Shown here: positions 34,494-44,069 of the stretch, piece after piece
How positions within the stretch are numbered: position 1 is the stretch's first letter
Layout: every line of letters starts with the position of its first letter
Assembly (NCBI GenBank): GCA_046583095.1
Contig: JAYGDB010000116.1
Span: 373-64,372 of the forward strand
Source: Myxococcota bacterium
GTDB taxonomy: Bacteria; Myxococcota_A; UBA9160; UBA4427
DNA length: 64,000 nt
Direction of reading: 5' to 3'
Notes under the pieces: generated by a model
What the model was told of the DNA's origin: nothing
The model's input: the letters and a program-made list of their open reading frames with translations, nothing else
Database searches by the model: none
Program-made: the position numbers and the translations under genes

Positions 34494-35834
34494 CTAGGCA
34501 AGCGCCTGGATGCGAGCCAGCATCCGGTCGCGCTCTTCCACCATTCGCTCGGGCGTGTCCGCTTCGAGGTTCAATCGCAACACCGGCTCGGTGTTCGAGG
34601 GGCGCAGATTGAACCACCAGTCGTCGTAGCTCACGAGGAGACCGTCGAGCTTCGAGACGCTGGGGGCATCCCGATGCTCGCTCTCGATCGCCTCGAGCAC
34701 GCGGCCTACGTCGCCGACCCGGCTGTTGATCTCTCCACTCGCCGCGTAGCGCCGCAGGGGCGCGACGATCTCCGAAAGGGGGCGCTTCTCCTTTGCGAGT
34801 ACGTCGAGCAGGGCGACGAATCCCGCGATTCCGTCGTCCGCGACCAGGGTGTCGGAAAACCGAAAGTAGAGATGGCCCGACAGCTCGCCCGCGAAGATCG
34901 CACCCGTCGAGCGCATCTGTGCCTTCACGAACGAGTGACCTACCCGGCAGATCTCCGCGACACCGCCTGCCTTCTCGATCTCCTCGGCGACGACACGGCT
35001 CGAGCGCAGGTCGCAGAGCACGAGACCGCCCGGGCTTCGTTCCAACTGGTAGCGCGCGAGAATGCCCGTCATGAGATCCCCGGCAATCGGCTCTCCCTGC
35101 TCGTCGACGAAGAACACACGGTCCGCATCGCCGTCGAAGGCCGCCCCGAAGTCGGCCCCGGTCCGTTTCACCGCCGCTCGCAGATCGGCGAGGTTTTCGA
35201 GCTTGAGCGGGTCGGCCTCATGGTTCGGGAAGGTCCCATCCGGCTCGAAATAGAGACGCTCGGTCTCGAGGGAGAGCTCGTCTAGCAGGGGCTCGAGGCC
35301 CACCGCAGCCATCCCATTCCCGCAATCGATCGCCACCTTGAGGGATGGACGCCCCGACCCCACGGCGAGCACGTGCTGCACGTAGTCTGCGGTCACGTCC
35401 GCCTCGCGAACGCGTCCCGGCTCTCCGACGGGCGGAGCCGACTCGACCGCCGGAAGCCCGGCCTCGATCTCTCGCAACCCCGAATCCTCGCCGACCGGCA
35501 CGGCATGGGCCAGGCAGATCTTGAAGCCGTTGTACTGGGCCGGGTTGTGGGACGCCGTGATCATGATCCCCGCGTCGGCGCCGAGCGAGTCGACGGCGAA
35601 GTAGAGCATCGGCGTGGCGACGAGCCCCAGGTCGACGACATCGACGCCTTCGTCGCACAAACCGCGTACCATCGCGTCTCGCAGCGCCGGAGAGTGCGGC
35701 CGCGCGTCGCGACCGACGACGATGGTGTCGGCAGCCACAAATCGAGCGGCCGAGCGGCCGATTCGATAGCTGATCTCCGCGTCGAGCTGATCCGGCACGA
35801 TGCCCCGGATATCGTACGCCTTGAAGATCGTCAC
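34494..35834 (-). CDS. Phosphomannomutase/phosphoglucomutase
   Basis: 'FKAYDIRG', active-site 'TASHNPAQYNGFK' and Mg site 'FDGDADR'. Confidence 0.92.
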   Translation of the reverse strand: MTIFKAYDIRGIVPDQLDAEISYRIGRSAARFVAADTIVVGRDARPHSPALRDAMVRGLCDEGVDVVDLGLVATPMLYFAVDSLGADAGIMITASHNPAQYNGFKICLAHAVPVGEDSGLREIEAGLPAVESAPPVGEPGRVREADVTADYVQHVLAVGSGRPSLKVAIDCGNGMAAVGLEPLLDELSLETERLYFEPDGTFPNHEADPLKLENLADLRAAVKRTGADFGAAFDGDADRVFFVDEQGEPIAGDLMTGILARYQLERSPGGLVLCDLRSSRVVAEEIEKAGGVAEICRVGHSFVKAQMRSTGAIFAGELSGHLYFRFSDTLVADDGIAGFVALLDVLAKEKRPLSEIVAPLRRYAASGEINSRVGDVGRVLEAIESEHRDAPSVSKLDGLLVSYDDWWFNLRPSNTEPVLRLNLEADTPERMVEERDRMLARIQALA

Positions 35835-35942
35835 GAGCCGGAGTCTAACCTTCGCGCTCGTCCAATGGTCGCCTCGCGGCCACTTGCTTGACCCCAGAGG
35901 GCTGCGGCGGCACCCTGTGAGCCTCCGCAGTCGCGGAAGAGG

Positions 35943-36191
35943 TTGCGCATGTTCGGAATGGGAGCCACCGAGCTCGCCATCATCGCCGTGATCGTCATCG
36001 TGCTGTTCGGAGCCCGTCGCCTACCCGAGATCGGGTCCGGGGTGGGCAAGGCGATCAAGAACTTCCGGGCCGGCATGTCGGGTCAGGACGAAATCGACGT
36101 GACTCCGGAGGCTCCGAAGTCCGACGAGGTCGCGGAAGATTCGTCGGATGAGGTGGCTAGCGAGCAGCGACCGGAGACGGATTCGTCGTAG
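35943..36191 (+). CDS. tatA: Twin-arginine translocase subunit TatA/E
   Basis: 'FGMGATELAIIAVIVIVLFGARRLPEIGSGVGKAIKNFR'. The start could instead be the ATG at 35949. Confidence 0.9.
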   Translation: MRMFGMGATELAIIAVIVIVLFGARRLPEIGSGVGKAIKNFRAGMSGQDEIDVTPEAPKSDEVAEDSSDEVASEQRPETDSS

Positions 36192-37359
36192 CGCCCTCCG
36201 GGGCGGGCACCCGCTCGGCCATCTCGACGAGGAAGCTCGTCGCCTCGTCGGGAACGTCATCGAAGAACGCCTGGAAGCCCACGGCCTGACCCGGCTCGAG
36301 AGGGGTCCCGGCCAGCTGGGCCGCGGCGCCCCTCGCGGCCTCGGCCAAGGCGTCCGCCGATAGCATTCGGAGTTGCTCCTCGCTGAGCGGCACGCCCGCT
36401 CGGGCCGCGGGAATCTCGAGCCGCGCTCCATGCGATGACAACAGCGCCACCTGGGTGCCGTCTCCGGCACGCAGGACACGGGTGCTGCCATTCAGCAGCC
36501 GACCGTGCAAAACGTACAGCCGGGTGGAGCGCGCCGTCTCGAGCCACACCGCGCGGATCTCCCGGGCCTCGAGGTCTCCCAAGCGGACGACGGTGGCCGT
36601 TGTCGAGCCGGCCGGTGCCACCGGAAAGATTCCCCGCCCGATTCCCAAGCCGCAGAGAGCCACGGTCACGATCCAGCCCAGCATCCGGCCGGGCCCGCGC
36701 AGACCCCGAAGCCACGATCGCGAGTCCGATGGAACCGCGGCGAACCCCGGACCGGAATGGGTCATCCGGGGGACGACAGCGGCCTCAGCCACCGACATCG
36801 CGTCGTCCAGGGGCTCGAGCGGAGAAACGGACTCGAGTGATTCATCACTGAAGAAGTCCCAGTCCTCGGGCTCCCCCACGTCCTCGATGCTGACCGGAGC
36901 CGCGTCCTCCTGCATGACCGATTCGACATTGTCGGCTGGAGCCGAGAAGTCGCTCGCCTCACCGAAGTCGCTGGCATCTTCGTCGCCCCCGAAGCCGATG
37001 CCTCCCTGGGCGTCGACCTCCTCCCCGGCATGCGGATCCGTCAAGACGCCGTGGCTGGACTCTCTGGGCTCTTCGCCGGGTGGATCCCGGTTGAACTCCC
37101 ACTCCTCCTCTTCGGGTTCACTGGGACCCGGCGATGAAGCGACGAGCGGCTCGTGCGATAGATCCTGGGTGGACTCGGGCGCTGCGGCGGCCACCGCCTG
37201 CGCGACGACGTCGTGGGTGACCTGCGCCTCGCTCGCGCTCGGGTGCTGGAGAAAGAAGGTCCGTTTGCAGCGCGAGCAGCGTACGCGGATGCCACTCAGC
37301 GGCACGCGCGATTCGTCGAGCCGGAACCGCGTCTGACAGTTGCTGCATTCGACGATCAC
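36157..37359 (-). CDS. MJ0042-type zinc-finger protein with an acidic linker, one TM segment and a DUF3426-like C-terminal domain
   Basis: GTG at 37359 gives the N-terminal 'VIVECSNCQTRFRLDESRVPLSGIRVRCSRCKRTFFL', and this zinc finger is normally N-terminal. The track extension to 37860 is R-rich and looks non-coding. The 3' end overlaps tatA convergently by 35 nt. Confidence 0.75.
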   Translation of the reverse strand: MIVECSNCQTRFRLDESRVPLSGIRVRCSRCKRTFFLQHPSASEAQVTHDVVAQAVAAAAPESTQDLSHEPLVASSPGPSEPEEEEWEFNRDPPGEEPRESSHGVLTDPHAGEEVDAQGGIGFGGDEDASDFGEASDFSAPADNVESVMQEDAAPVSIEDVGEPEDWDFFSDESLESVSPLEPLDDAMSVAEAAVVPRMTHSGPGFAAVPSDSRSWLRGLRGPGRMLGWIVTVALCGLGIGRGIFPVAPAGSTTATVVRLGDLEAREIRAVWLETARSTRLYVLHGRLLNGSTRVLRAGDGTQVALLSSHGARLEIPAARAGVPLSEEQLRMLSADALAEAARGAAAQLAGTPLEPGQAVGFQAFFDDVPDEATSFLVEMAERVPAPEGATTNPSPVAAR

Positions 37360-37683
37360 GTCGCCCCCTCGGCCCGGGTTCGATGGCCTGCGCGAATCGG
37401 CGTCCAACTGCCTGTGCCAGCGTCGAAACGGGCACGCGAGCCCACTCGACATTTCGGAATCGCCGCGAGGCGGCTTGAGCCCAGGCGGCACTACGCGGGC
37501 GGTGGAAGGTTGTAATCCAGGCGGAACCGCGGGCTTCGGGGCCCGAACTGCTCCCGACCGAAGCCGCGAAGCGCGCAGCCCACTCTGCGACCGAGGGGAC
37601 GAAGCGATACGCTTCGCTCGTGCAGCTCGACCCGCAAAGCGCGTCTCCCACACTCGCCGCGAGTTCAAACGGGGTGCGGCTTC

Positions 37684-38211
37684 ATGGCTCCTGAGCCCCG
37701 GCTCCCGCGCGGGCCCGACGCCGCGGGCGAAACCGCCTCGCAGGCTCTGGAACGTGCTCGGGTCCACGCTGGACGTGCGATGGGAGAGGCCCTGGCGGCA
37801 GCCCGCGCGCTGCTCGATGCCGCGGCGATCGGATGGAGCGGGCGGCCCAGCGAGGCACACACCGCCCTTCGCGGCATTGCCGAAGTGCTGGACGAACAGT
37901 CGGCGCGCTTCGCCGAGGGCGCTGGGGGAGTTCCCGCCGCGATGATGAGCACGATCGTCGAGGCGCTCGATGAGGAAATCGCGAGGTGGGAGCAGCGAGC
38001 GAGCACCGACCCGGATGCCCGCGCCGTCCTACGGACCTTCCTCGGACTGCGCGAGATCCTGTGGGAGTTCGGTCTGCGTAGCGACGCGCCCGGCGAAGGG
38101 GAGACCCCGCCGCAGCGACCCCGACACAAGCCAATCCAGGCGGCTCGCGGCAAGCCCGGAAGCGGCCCGAGACGACCGGGCCGCGTTCAACGGGTCGATG
38201 TACAAGGCTAG
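37684..38211 (+). CDS. Hypothetical helical protein
   Basis: 175 aa and Ala/Glu/Leu-rich, with a basic tail '...RRPGRVQRVDVQG'. Codon third positions are GC-rich. No motif recognised. Confidence 0.5.
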   Translation: MAPEPRLPRGPDAAGETASQALERARVHAGRAMGEALAAARALLDAAAIGWSGRPSEAHTALRGIAEVLDEQSARFAEGAGGVPAAMMSTIVEALDEEIARWEQRASTDPDARAVLRTFLGLREILWEFGLRSDAPGEGETPPQRPRHKPIQAARGKPGSGPRRPGRVQRVDVQG

Positions 38212-38267
38212 GTCGATCGAACTCCCCTCCGTGCTAGCGTCCGCCGGCTGATGACGACGAGATCTTC

Positions 38268-38861
38268 ATGGCGATCCTGATCAAGCGCTACGCAAACCGG
38301 AAGCTCTATAACACCCAGACCAGCCGATACATCACGCTCAAGGGAATCGCCGAGCTGATCGACGACGGCGAGAAAGTTCGCGTCATCGACAACGAGACGG
38401 GTGAAGACATCACGAGCGTGGCGCTGTCGCAGATCCTCGTGGACAGCGAACGTTCGAACTCGGACGTCTCCGGCAACGTGCTCTCGCAGATCCTCGGACG
38501 TGGCGGCGACGCCCTGTATGACACGCTTCGCAAGAGCTTCGACGATGCGAGCGAGAACCTCGGCGACTTCCAGGACCGTTTCCGCCGCTTCGTCGCAGGC
38601 GAGGACGACGGAGACGGGGACAGCGCCGCTGCGGACGGACGCGACCCCCGGAAACTGAGAGACTGGATCGCCTACGCGGCGCCAGACTTCGAGCAGATCG
38701 TCCAGAAGTCGATGGAGCGCGTCTTCAAGCTGCTCGACCTGCCGCGCCGGTCGGACATCGAGGCATTGAACGAGAACCTCGAGCGGGTGGCCCAGGCGGT
38801 GGAGACCCTCGAGAAGGTCTACGAGCGCCGCGAGTCGTCGAGCCCTGCGCCCGAGGCCTAG
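38268..38861 (+). CDS. PhaR/PhaF-like protein: PHA-accumulation-regulator DNA-binding domain plus a phasin-like C-terminus
   Basis: The N-terminal 'ILIKRYANRKLYNTQTSRYITLKGIAELI' matches the PHB_acc_N pattern. Coiled C-terminal part. Confidence 0.8.
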   Translation: MAILIKRYANRKLYNTQTSRYITLKGIAELIDDGEKVRVIDNETGEDITSVALSQILVDSERSNSDVSGNVLSQILGRGGDALYDTLRKSFDDASENLGDFQDRFRRFVAGEDDGDGDSAAADGRDPRKLRDWIAYAAPDFEQIVQKSMERVFKLLDLPRRSDIEALNENLERVAQAVETLEKVYERRESSSPAPEA

Positions 38862-38992
38862 CTGCCGGACGACGGCTGCGCGGCCCTGTCGATGCAGGGG
38901 AGCCCTTCCGGGAGCTGGCGAGGAGGTGGCTGGACCCGGTCCGCGCGAGGGTCGGCGTGAATGATCCGGGCTAGGGTACGCGCCATTCGGCG

Positions 38993-40759
38993 ATGGCCCA
39001 GGCATCCAGATCGAACAGCGTAGAACGACCCGCGCGCGAAGGCGTGGGGCGTGGCTTCGGATGGCTCGATATCTCGCTGCTGGCCTTGATCGTGATCGCG
39101 CTAGGGCTCGAGCTTCGGCTCGTATTCGACCTCAACATCAACTGGGACGAGTTCCACTTCCTCTCGCGGATCTACGAGCATCGGACTGGCGTCCTCACCT
39201 CGCGGCTCCAGACGCTCCACGTGCACCTGTTCGGCTGGTTGCCCGCGGTCTCGCTCAGCGAGGTCGATCAGATCGTGGCCGCCCGGGGTGTCCTGTTCGC
39301 ACTGGGCATCGGGATCCGGGCACTGCTCTACACGATCGGGAGGCACTTCCTACCGCGATCGGGCGCGCTCTTCGCGGTACTCACCTATTCCTCGTTCTCC
39401 TACGTGCTCCACCACGGTACGAGCTTCCGCTTCGACCCTCTCTGCTCGTTCCTGGTTCTCACGAGCCTGGCGCTGCTGCTGTCCGAGCGCCCACGACCCG
39501 GTCAGCTGACGCGCACTGCGCTGGCGGGGCTCAGCTTCGCGTTTTCGATGATGGTCTCGCTGAAGAGCGCGATCTTCCTACCGACGATCGGTGTGACGCT
39601 CGGCTTCGTGTGCACCCGCAGCCCCCGGGCGCGCGTAGACAGTTTGCGAACAGCGGCGGTCTTCGCCGTCGCTCTCGCGGGGAGCTTCGGCCTGCTCTAC
39701 GCGCTTCACGCGGGCACCTTGGCCTCGGATGCACCCGACACGGTTGCGTTCGTCTCCCGCATCGGCTCGAGCTTCCTGGTCTTCGGCGAGCTGTTTCCGC
39801 GTTCCCAGTTCTTCCTCCAGAGCCTGTCCCGAGATCCGATCGCCTGGTGCGCGCTCGCAATCGGCGCCGCGATGGGGCTCTACGGGCTGAGGCTTCGGGA
39901 AGAACGCGCGAAGTGGCTGGCATTCCTGGGCTTCCTGCTTCCACTCGCGATGCTCGTCTCGTATCGGAACGCCTTCCCCTACTTCTACGTCCTGATGTTG
40001 ACCCCGGCGATCCTGATTACCGGCGCCCCGATCGCCGCGATCGCGAACCACTTCGGCCCCCGGACCCGAACGAGCGGCGCACTCATCGTTGCGCTTGCGC
40101 TCGCTGTCTTCGCATCGGGCCTGCGCTTCCATTGGGACAATCGCGCCGACCAGACCCTCGTCCAGCGTCAGCACATCGACCTCGTCCACGAACTCTTCCC
40201 GCTGCCCGTCCCCTACATCGACCGCTGCGCGATGATCTCCTCCTACCCGAAGGCGGGGATGTTCCTGAGTGCCTGGAGCCTGGCCGACTACCGCGCCGTC
40301 GCTGAGCCAGTCATGCAGAGGGTCATCGCGGAAGAGCAACCCGTCTTTCTGCTCGCGAACTCGCCCGGCCTCACCGCAGCGCTCGCGAAGGGGCCCGTGC
40401 CACAACCGATTGCCCACCGCCTCCTCGACGAGGACGCCCGCGTGCTCCGCAGCCACTACATCTGGCACTGGGGGGCGCTCTTCGTGGCCGGAAAGAACTT
40501 CGTCTTCGACCCCGAGACAGCAGCACAAGAGTTCGACCTCTTGATCCCCGGGCCCTACACGGTCGAATCGCCAGTCCCCGTTCGTATCGACGGGGTCCCC
40601 AGGCGCCCCCGCTCCCACGTCCGCCTGGACACAGGCCGGCACACGATCACGGCCGACGGAGCTTCCGCCCGGGTGGCACTGCGCTGGGGATCGAGCCTGC
40701 CGCGCCCCGAGCAGCCTGCTCTCGAGCACCGGATCTTCCGCAGATTCCAGTACCGCTGA
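38993..40759 (+). CDS. Polytopic GT-C-fold glycosyltransferase (PMT/ArnT-like)
   Basis: More than 10 hydrophobic helices. The first-loop Asp-Glu motif 'NWDEFHF' resembles the PMT 'FDEVHF'. Soluble C-terminal domain. Confidence 0.6.
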   Translation: MAQASRSNSVERPAREGVGRGFGWLDISLLALIVIALGLELRLVFDLNINWDEFHFLSRIYEHRTGVLTSRLQTLHVHLFGWLPAVSLSEVDQIVAARGVLFALGIGIRALLYTIGRHFLPRSGALFAVLTYSSFSYVLHHGTSFRFDPLCSFLVLTSLALLLSERPRPGQLTRTALAGLSFAFSMMVSLKSAIFLPTIGVTLGFVCTRSPRARVDSLRTAAVFAVALAGSFGLLYALHAGTLASDAPDTVAFVSRIGSSFLVFGELFPRSQFFLQSLSRDPIAWCALAIGAAMGLYGLRLREERAKWLAFLGFLLPLAMLVSYRNAFPYFYVLMLTPAILITGAPIAAIANHFGPRTRTSGALIVALALAVFASGLRFHWDNRADQTLVQRQHIDLVHELFPLPVPYIDRCAMISSYPKAGMFLSAWSLADYRAVAEPVMQRVIAEEQPVFLLANSPGLTAALAKGPVPQPIAHRLLDEDARVLRSHYIWHWGALFVAGKNFVFDPETAAQEFDLLIPGPYTVESPVPVRIDGVPRRPRSHVRLDTGRHTITADGASARVALRWGSSLPRPEQPALEHRIFRRFQYR

Positions 40760-40780
40760 ACGGCAGCTGGGCGATCACTC

Positions 40781-42991
40781 TCAGGGGCGGCTCGCCCCGG
40801 GCCGCCACGGCTCGACTTCGTCGGTCAGGATCGTGATGCCCCGCGGCGGGCGCTCTCCACTGCTTCGGATGAGCATGCGAGCAACCGAGAAGTCGAGCAC
40901 ACCCGAACGCTCGCGCAGCGGCTTCGCAACCGTCAGGCACTGGGTCCGGCCACGGCCCGGGTCGGGGACGAACGCATAGCGGAGCCGCAATCGGCTGCCG
41001 GGAGCCAATCTTCGGGTCGTGTCGAGCCGAACCTCGAGCGGACCCTTCAAGCGGTGCCTCAGTTCGACCCCGACCCGACGACCCACCGTCACGTCGAGCT
41101 CGACCTCGATCCACTCGCCGTCGCGCAGGTCGACGTTCTGGCCGCCATGGAGCATGCGCGGCTCGGCGTCCGGCAGTACGAACCTGCGCTCGGCCATCAG
41201 CTCGATCACCCCGAGGTCGCTCGCGGCCGCGCCACTCGTGAGACTCCAGCGGGCCACCGAGGCGACGAGGCCCCCGTCCGGCTCGGACCAGGCAGCCGGG
41301 CGACGCGTGGCTCCGAACACGCCGTCCGGCACCTCGAACGCCTCGCAAAGCTCGAACCGCTTTCGGCACAGCAGCAGGCGGCCGAGCGGGTCGATCGCTC
41401 CCGCTGCACCGCGACGGCTGTTCGCGAAGAACACGTGCCGTCCATCGGGGTAGTGGCGAAACACGCTGCGCCCCAGGAGTCCGGCCCGAGTGGCCTCTTC
41501 ACCACGGGACAGGTAGTCGAGGACCGAGACCGGCAGATCCGAGAGGGCGAAGGGCGCATCGACGCGCGCGCTGCCGATCCCGGGCCCCGCGGCAACCAGG
41601 AATCCCCAGTTCTGACTAATGAGCCGCAAGAGAGTGTCGCCCGCGTCGCGGCGGCCACGCGATTCGTCCGACGATACGAGCACCAGGGTGTCCTCGAGAA
41701 CGCCCATCGCCTCGAGCGACTTGAGGAGCCGCCCGACCTCGAGATCCGCGTAGGCAAGCGCACGCTCGAAGTCATCGGCCTGATCGGGCTCGAACTCGTC
41801 CGGAACCAGGTAGGGGTGGTGAGTGCCGACGGTCAACAGCGTCGCGAACCAGGGACCCTCGCGGGCTCGAAGTCGCCGAACGAGCGCCAAGCCTGCTCGA
41901 AACAGGGTGGCGTCATCGACTCCCCATGCGCTTCGGGCCGCCGCCTCCGCGAACGAGAGATCCCCTCGGACCTCCTGGAATCCGATTCGCGGCAGGAACT
42001 GGTCCTTCAGCATGAAGGCAAGCGGTGCAGCCTGGAGGTAGGCGGTGTGGTAGCCCGCGTCCTGGAGGAGTCTCGGAAGGCAGGTGGTCAGCCCGGTCGC
42101 CGCGTGGACGGACATCTTCGGCGTACCGGGGAGCAATTTCGGGAGATCGCCACACAGGGCGGCGTAGAGGCCTCGGTTCGTGTTGACCTGGTGGGTCACG
42201 AATGTCGAGAAGGAACGGTGGCGGCGCGCGAACGCGTCGAGTTCGAGCATCGTCGGCCCGGCCTGTTGCCCGTGCGCCAGCGCGAGGGAGGGCAGATACG
42301 CAGCCGAGACCGACTCGACCAGCACGAGCAGGACGTTCGGGGTGCCGGTCGGGACACCGACCTCCCGTTCTCCCGAAAGATCGACGGCGAGGTCCGAGGC
42401 GATGGACGCGGAACTCGCCGCGGAGAGCGATCCGCGGGTGTCCGCCCAGTCGTGGAGCAGAGCGTGGGTCTGGCGCCAGTCCGCAACGTCCGGACTCCAG
42501 CCGATGGAAGCGTGAAGCCCCAGGAGGAGCGCACCGGAAACGAAGCCAGCCGCAATTTGCTTGGATGTCGCGTACGCGAGACGCCCCGCCCACGATAGGC
42601 ACAGGCTGAGAATCGTCGCGACGAGGGGCCATCCCGGCGAGAACAGCTGCAGACCCGATCCGAGCAGGAAAGTGGCATCGGCGAGGTAGCCCGCATCTCG
42701 GAACGAAGGCAACGCATCGAGGGAGCGAACCGACTCATAACTGATCAGCTGAATGACGAGCCAAACGAAAACGATCGCCAGGCCGCCCGCGCGAGACCGA
42801 CGAAGCACCGCCAGTACGAGGCCGCTCACGATCGCGGCCAACCCGAGGTCCGCGATGAAGCCGACGGCATCGTAGGGGGAAGCAACCTGGCCGCCTGCAG
42901 CTCGCAAGAGCAGAACTGCGCGAAGCAGCCAGGCCGGAAGCAACACGGCGGTGAGCAGGCAAGCTAGACGCAGTCGCTCCGCCACGTTCAC
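40781..42991 (-). CDS. LtaS/MdoB-like sulfatase-superfamily phosphoglycerol/phosphoethanolamine-type transferase
   Basis: N-terminal multi-TM region followed by 'PNVLLVLVESVSAAYL' and a sulfatase-like domain. Confidence 0.65.
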   Translation of the reverse strand: MNVAERLRLACLLTAVLLPAWLLRAVLLLRAAGGQVASPYDAVGFIADLGLAAIVSGLVLAVLRRSRAGGLAIVFVWLVIQLISYESVRSLDALPSFRDAGYLADATFLLGSGLQLFSPGWPLVATILSLCLSWAGRLAYATSKQIAAGFVSGALLLGLHASIGWSPDVADWRQTHALLHDWADTRGSLSAASSASIASDLAVDLSGEREVGVPTGTPNVLLVLVESVSAAYLPSLALAHGQQAGPTMLELDAFARRHRSFSTFVTHQVNTNRGLYAALCGDLPKLLPGTPKMSVHAATGLTTCLPRLLQDAGYHTAYLQAAPLAFMLKDQFLPRIGFQEVRGDLSFAEAAARSAWGVDDATLFRAGLALVRRLRAREGPWFATLLTVGTHHPYLVPDEFEPDQADDFERALAYADLEVGRLLKSLEAMGVLEDTLVLVSSDESRGRRDAGDTLLRLISQNWGFLVAAGPGIGSARVDAPFALSDLPVSVLDYLSRGEEATRAGLLGRSVFRHYPDGRHVFFANSRRGAAGAIDPLGRLLLCRKRFELCEAFEVPDGVFGATRRPAAWSEPDGGLVASVARWSLTSGAAASDLGVIELMAERRFVLPDAEPRMLHGGQNVDLRDGEWIEVELDVTVGRRVGVELRHRLKGPLEVRLDTTRRLAPGSRLRLRYAFVPDPGRGRTQCLTVAKPLRERSGVLDFSVARMLIRSSGERPPRGITILTDEVEPWRPGASRP

Positions 42992-43088
42992 GTCGCGCCC
43001 CTGCCCGCGGACGCGAGCAACATCGTCGATCCCACAAGCCGTGCGATGAGCAAACAGCTGTCGCGGGCCGGGGGCGCCAATCGAGCCC

Positions 43089-44069
43089 TCAGCCCCATGC
43101 CGAAGCGCGACGCTCGAGCGCCTCGCTCACCAGCTCCTGGATTCGCTCGCGTAGCTCCTCGATGACGCCCGAGAGGAGCGACTCGTCGTCGAGTGCACCC
43201 GCCCCGAGATCCTCGAGCGAGATCGGCTCGCCAACGCGGATGATCCACTTGGTCGGCAGCGGCAACAGGCCCAGGGGCCCCAGCAGCGGGAACGTGGGGG
43301 TCACAGGCGCGAAGGGCAACCCGATGGCCCGCGCCGGCAGATCCGCCTTGAACAGGATGGGGTGGGCCTCTTCTGCGCCCACGATGCCCACGGGCACGAG
43401 GGGCGCGCGGTTCTCGAGCGCGGCCCGGATCACGCCACTGCGACCGAATCGCTTCAGCCGGTAGCGCTCGGCGAAGACCTTGGCGGCGCCCCTCACACCC
43501 TCGGGAAACGCGATGACCGAGTGACCGGTCCGCAGCAACCGGTCCGCGTTCTCGCGACACGCACGCACGCCTCCGAGCTGCGCGAGATAGGGCTGCGCGA
43601 AGGGCAGCGTCATGAGCCAGTCCGCCACCAGGAAGCGCGGGCGATCACGCGTGGGGTGCCACCGCTCGACCGCGTGGGAGAGCATCAATCCGTCATACGG
43701 AAGCAGTCCCGAACAGTTCGCGACGAACAGGTTCGGACCTCCGGAATCGATCGCGTCCAGGCCGCTCACCTCGGCCCGCCAGTAGCGATCCATCAGGAAG
43801 TCGAGGAGCATGCGCGAGCGATCGAGGCTGACGTCGTCCATTCCGAACTCGTCGACCTCGCCCGAGCGCTCGACCATGCCGAGGCTGCCGAAGCGGTGGC
43901 GGAGCTCGTTGAAAGCCGCCTGCCAGTCGAACTCCCGGAGCGACTCGTTGTCGACCCGAGTCTCCGGCCGAGTGGACGAGCGTGAGCGGATCTTTCGTCG
44001 CAGATCGCTCAGCGCGAGATGAAGGACCTCGAGTTCGTCGTGTTCGCTCGTACCAGGACCCGAGTCCAT
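43089..44069 (-). CDS. Lysophospholipid acyltransferase (LPLAT/PlsC-family) homologue with Cys in place of the catalytic His
   Basis: The ATG at 44069 overlaps the upstream stop (TGATG). The block I motif reads 'FVANCSGLLPYDG' (expected NHSG...D). 'IAFPEGVRG' and 'PLVPVGIVG' are present. Confidence 0.75.
   Translation of the reverse strand: MDSGPGTSEHDELEVLHLALSDLRRKIRSRSSTRPETRVDNESLREFDWQAAFNELRHRFGSLGMVERSGEVDEFGMDDVSLDRSRMLLDFLMDRYWRAEVSGLDAIDSGGPNLFVANCSGLLPYDGLMLSHAVERWHPTRDRPRFLVADWLMTLPFAQPYLAQLGGVRACRENADRLLRTGHSVIAFPEGVRGAAKVFAERYRLKRFGRSGVIRAALENRAPLVPVGIVGAEEAHPILFKADLPARAIGLPFAPVTPTFPLLGPLGLLPLPTKWIIRVGEPISLEDLGAGALDDESLLSGVIEELRERIQELVSEALERRASAWG

Noticed and set aside
36157-36191. 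A 35-nt convergent overlap between the tatA 3' end and the zinc-finger gene's 3' end.
   Set aside because: This is most likely ordinary tail-to-tail overlap in a compact genome. Both C-termini look low in complexity, and nothing suggests a regulatory antisense function.
37402-37425. Sigma54-like promoter on the minus strand upstream of the zinc-finger gene (TGGCAC-AGGCAG-TTGG).
   Set aside because: The spacing between the GG and the would-be GC element is off by one, and the -12 element reads GG rather than GC. That is too weak to call without an enhancer-binding protein nearby.
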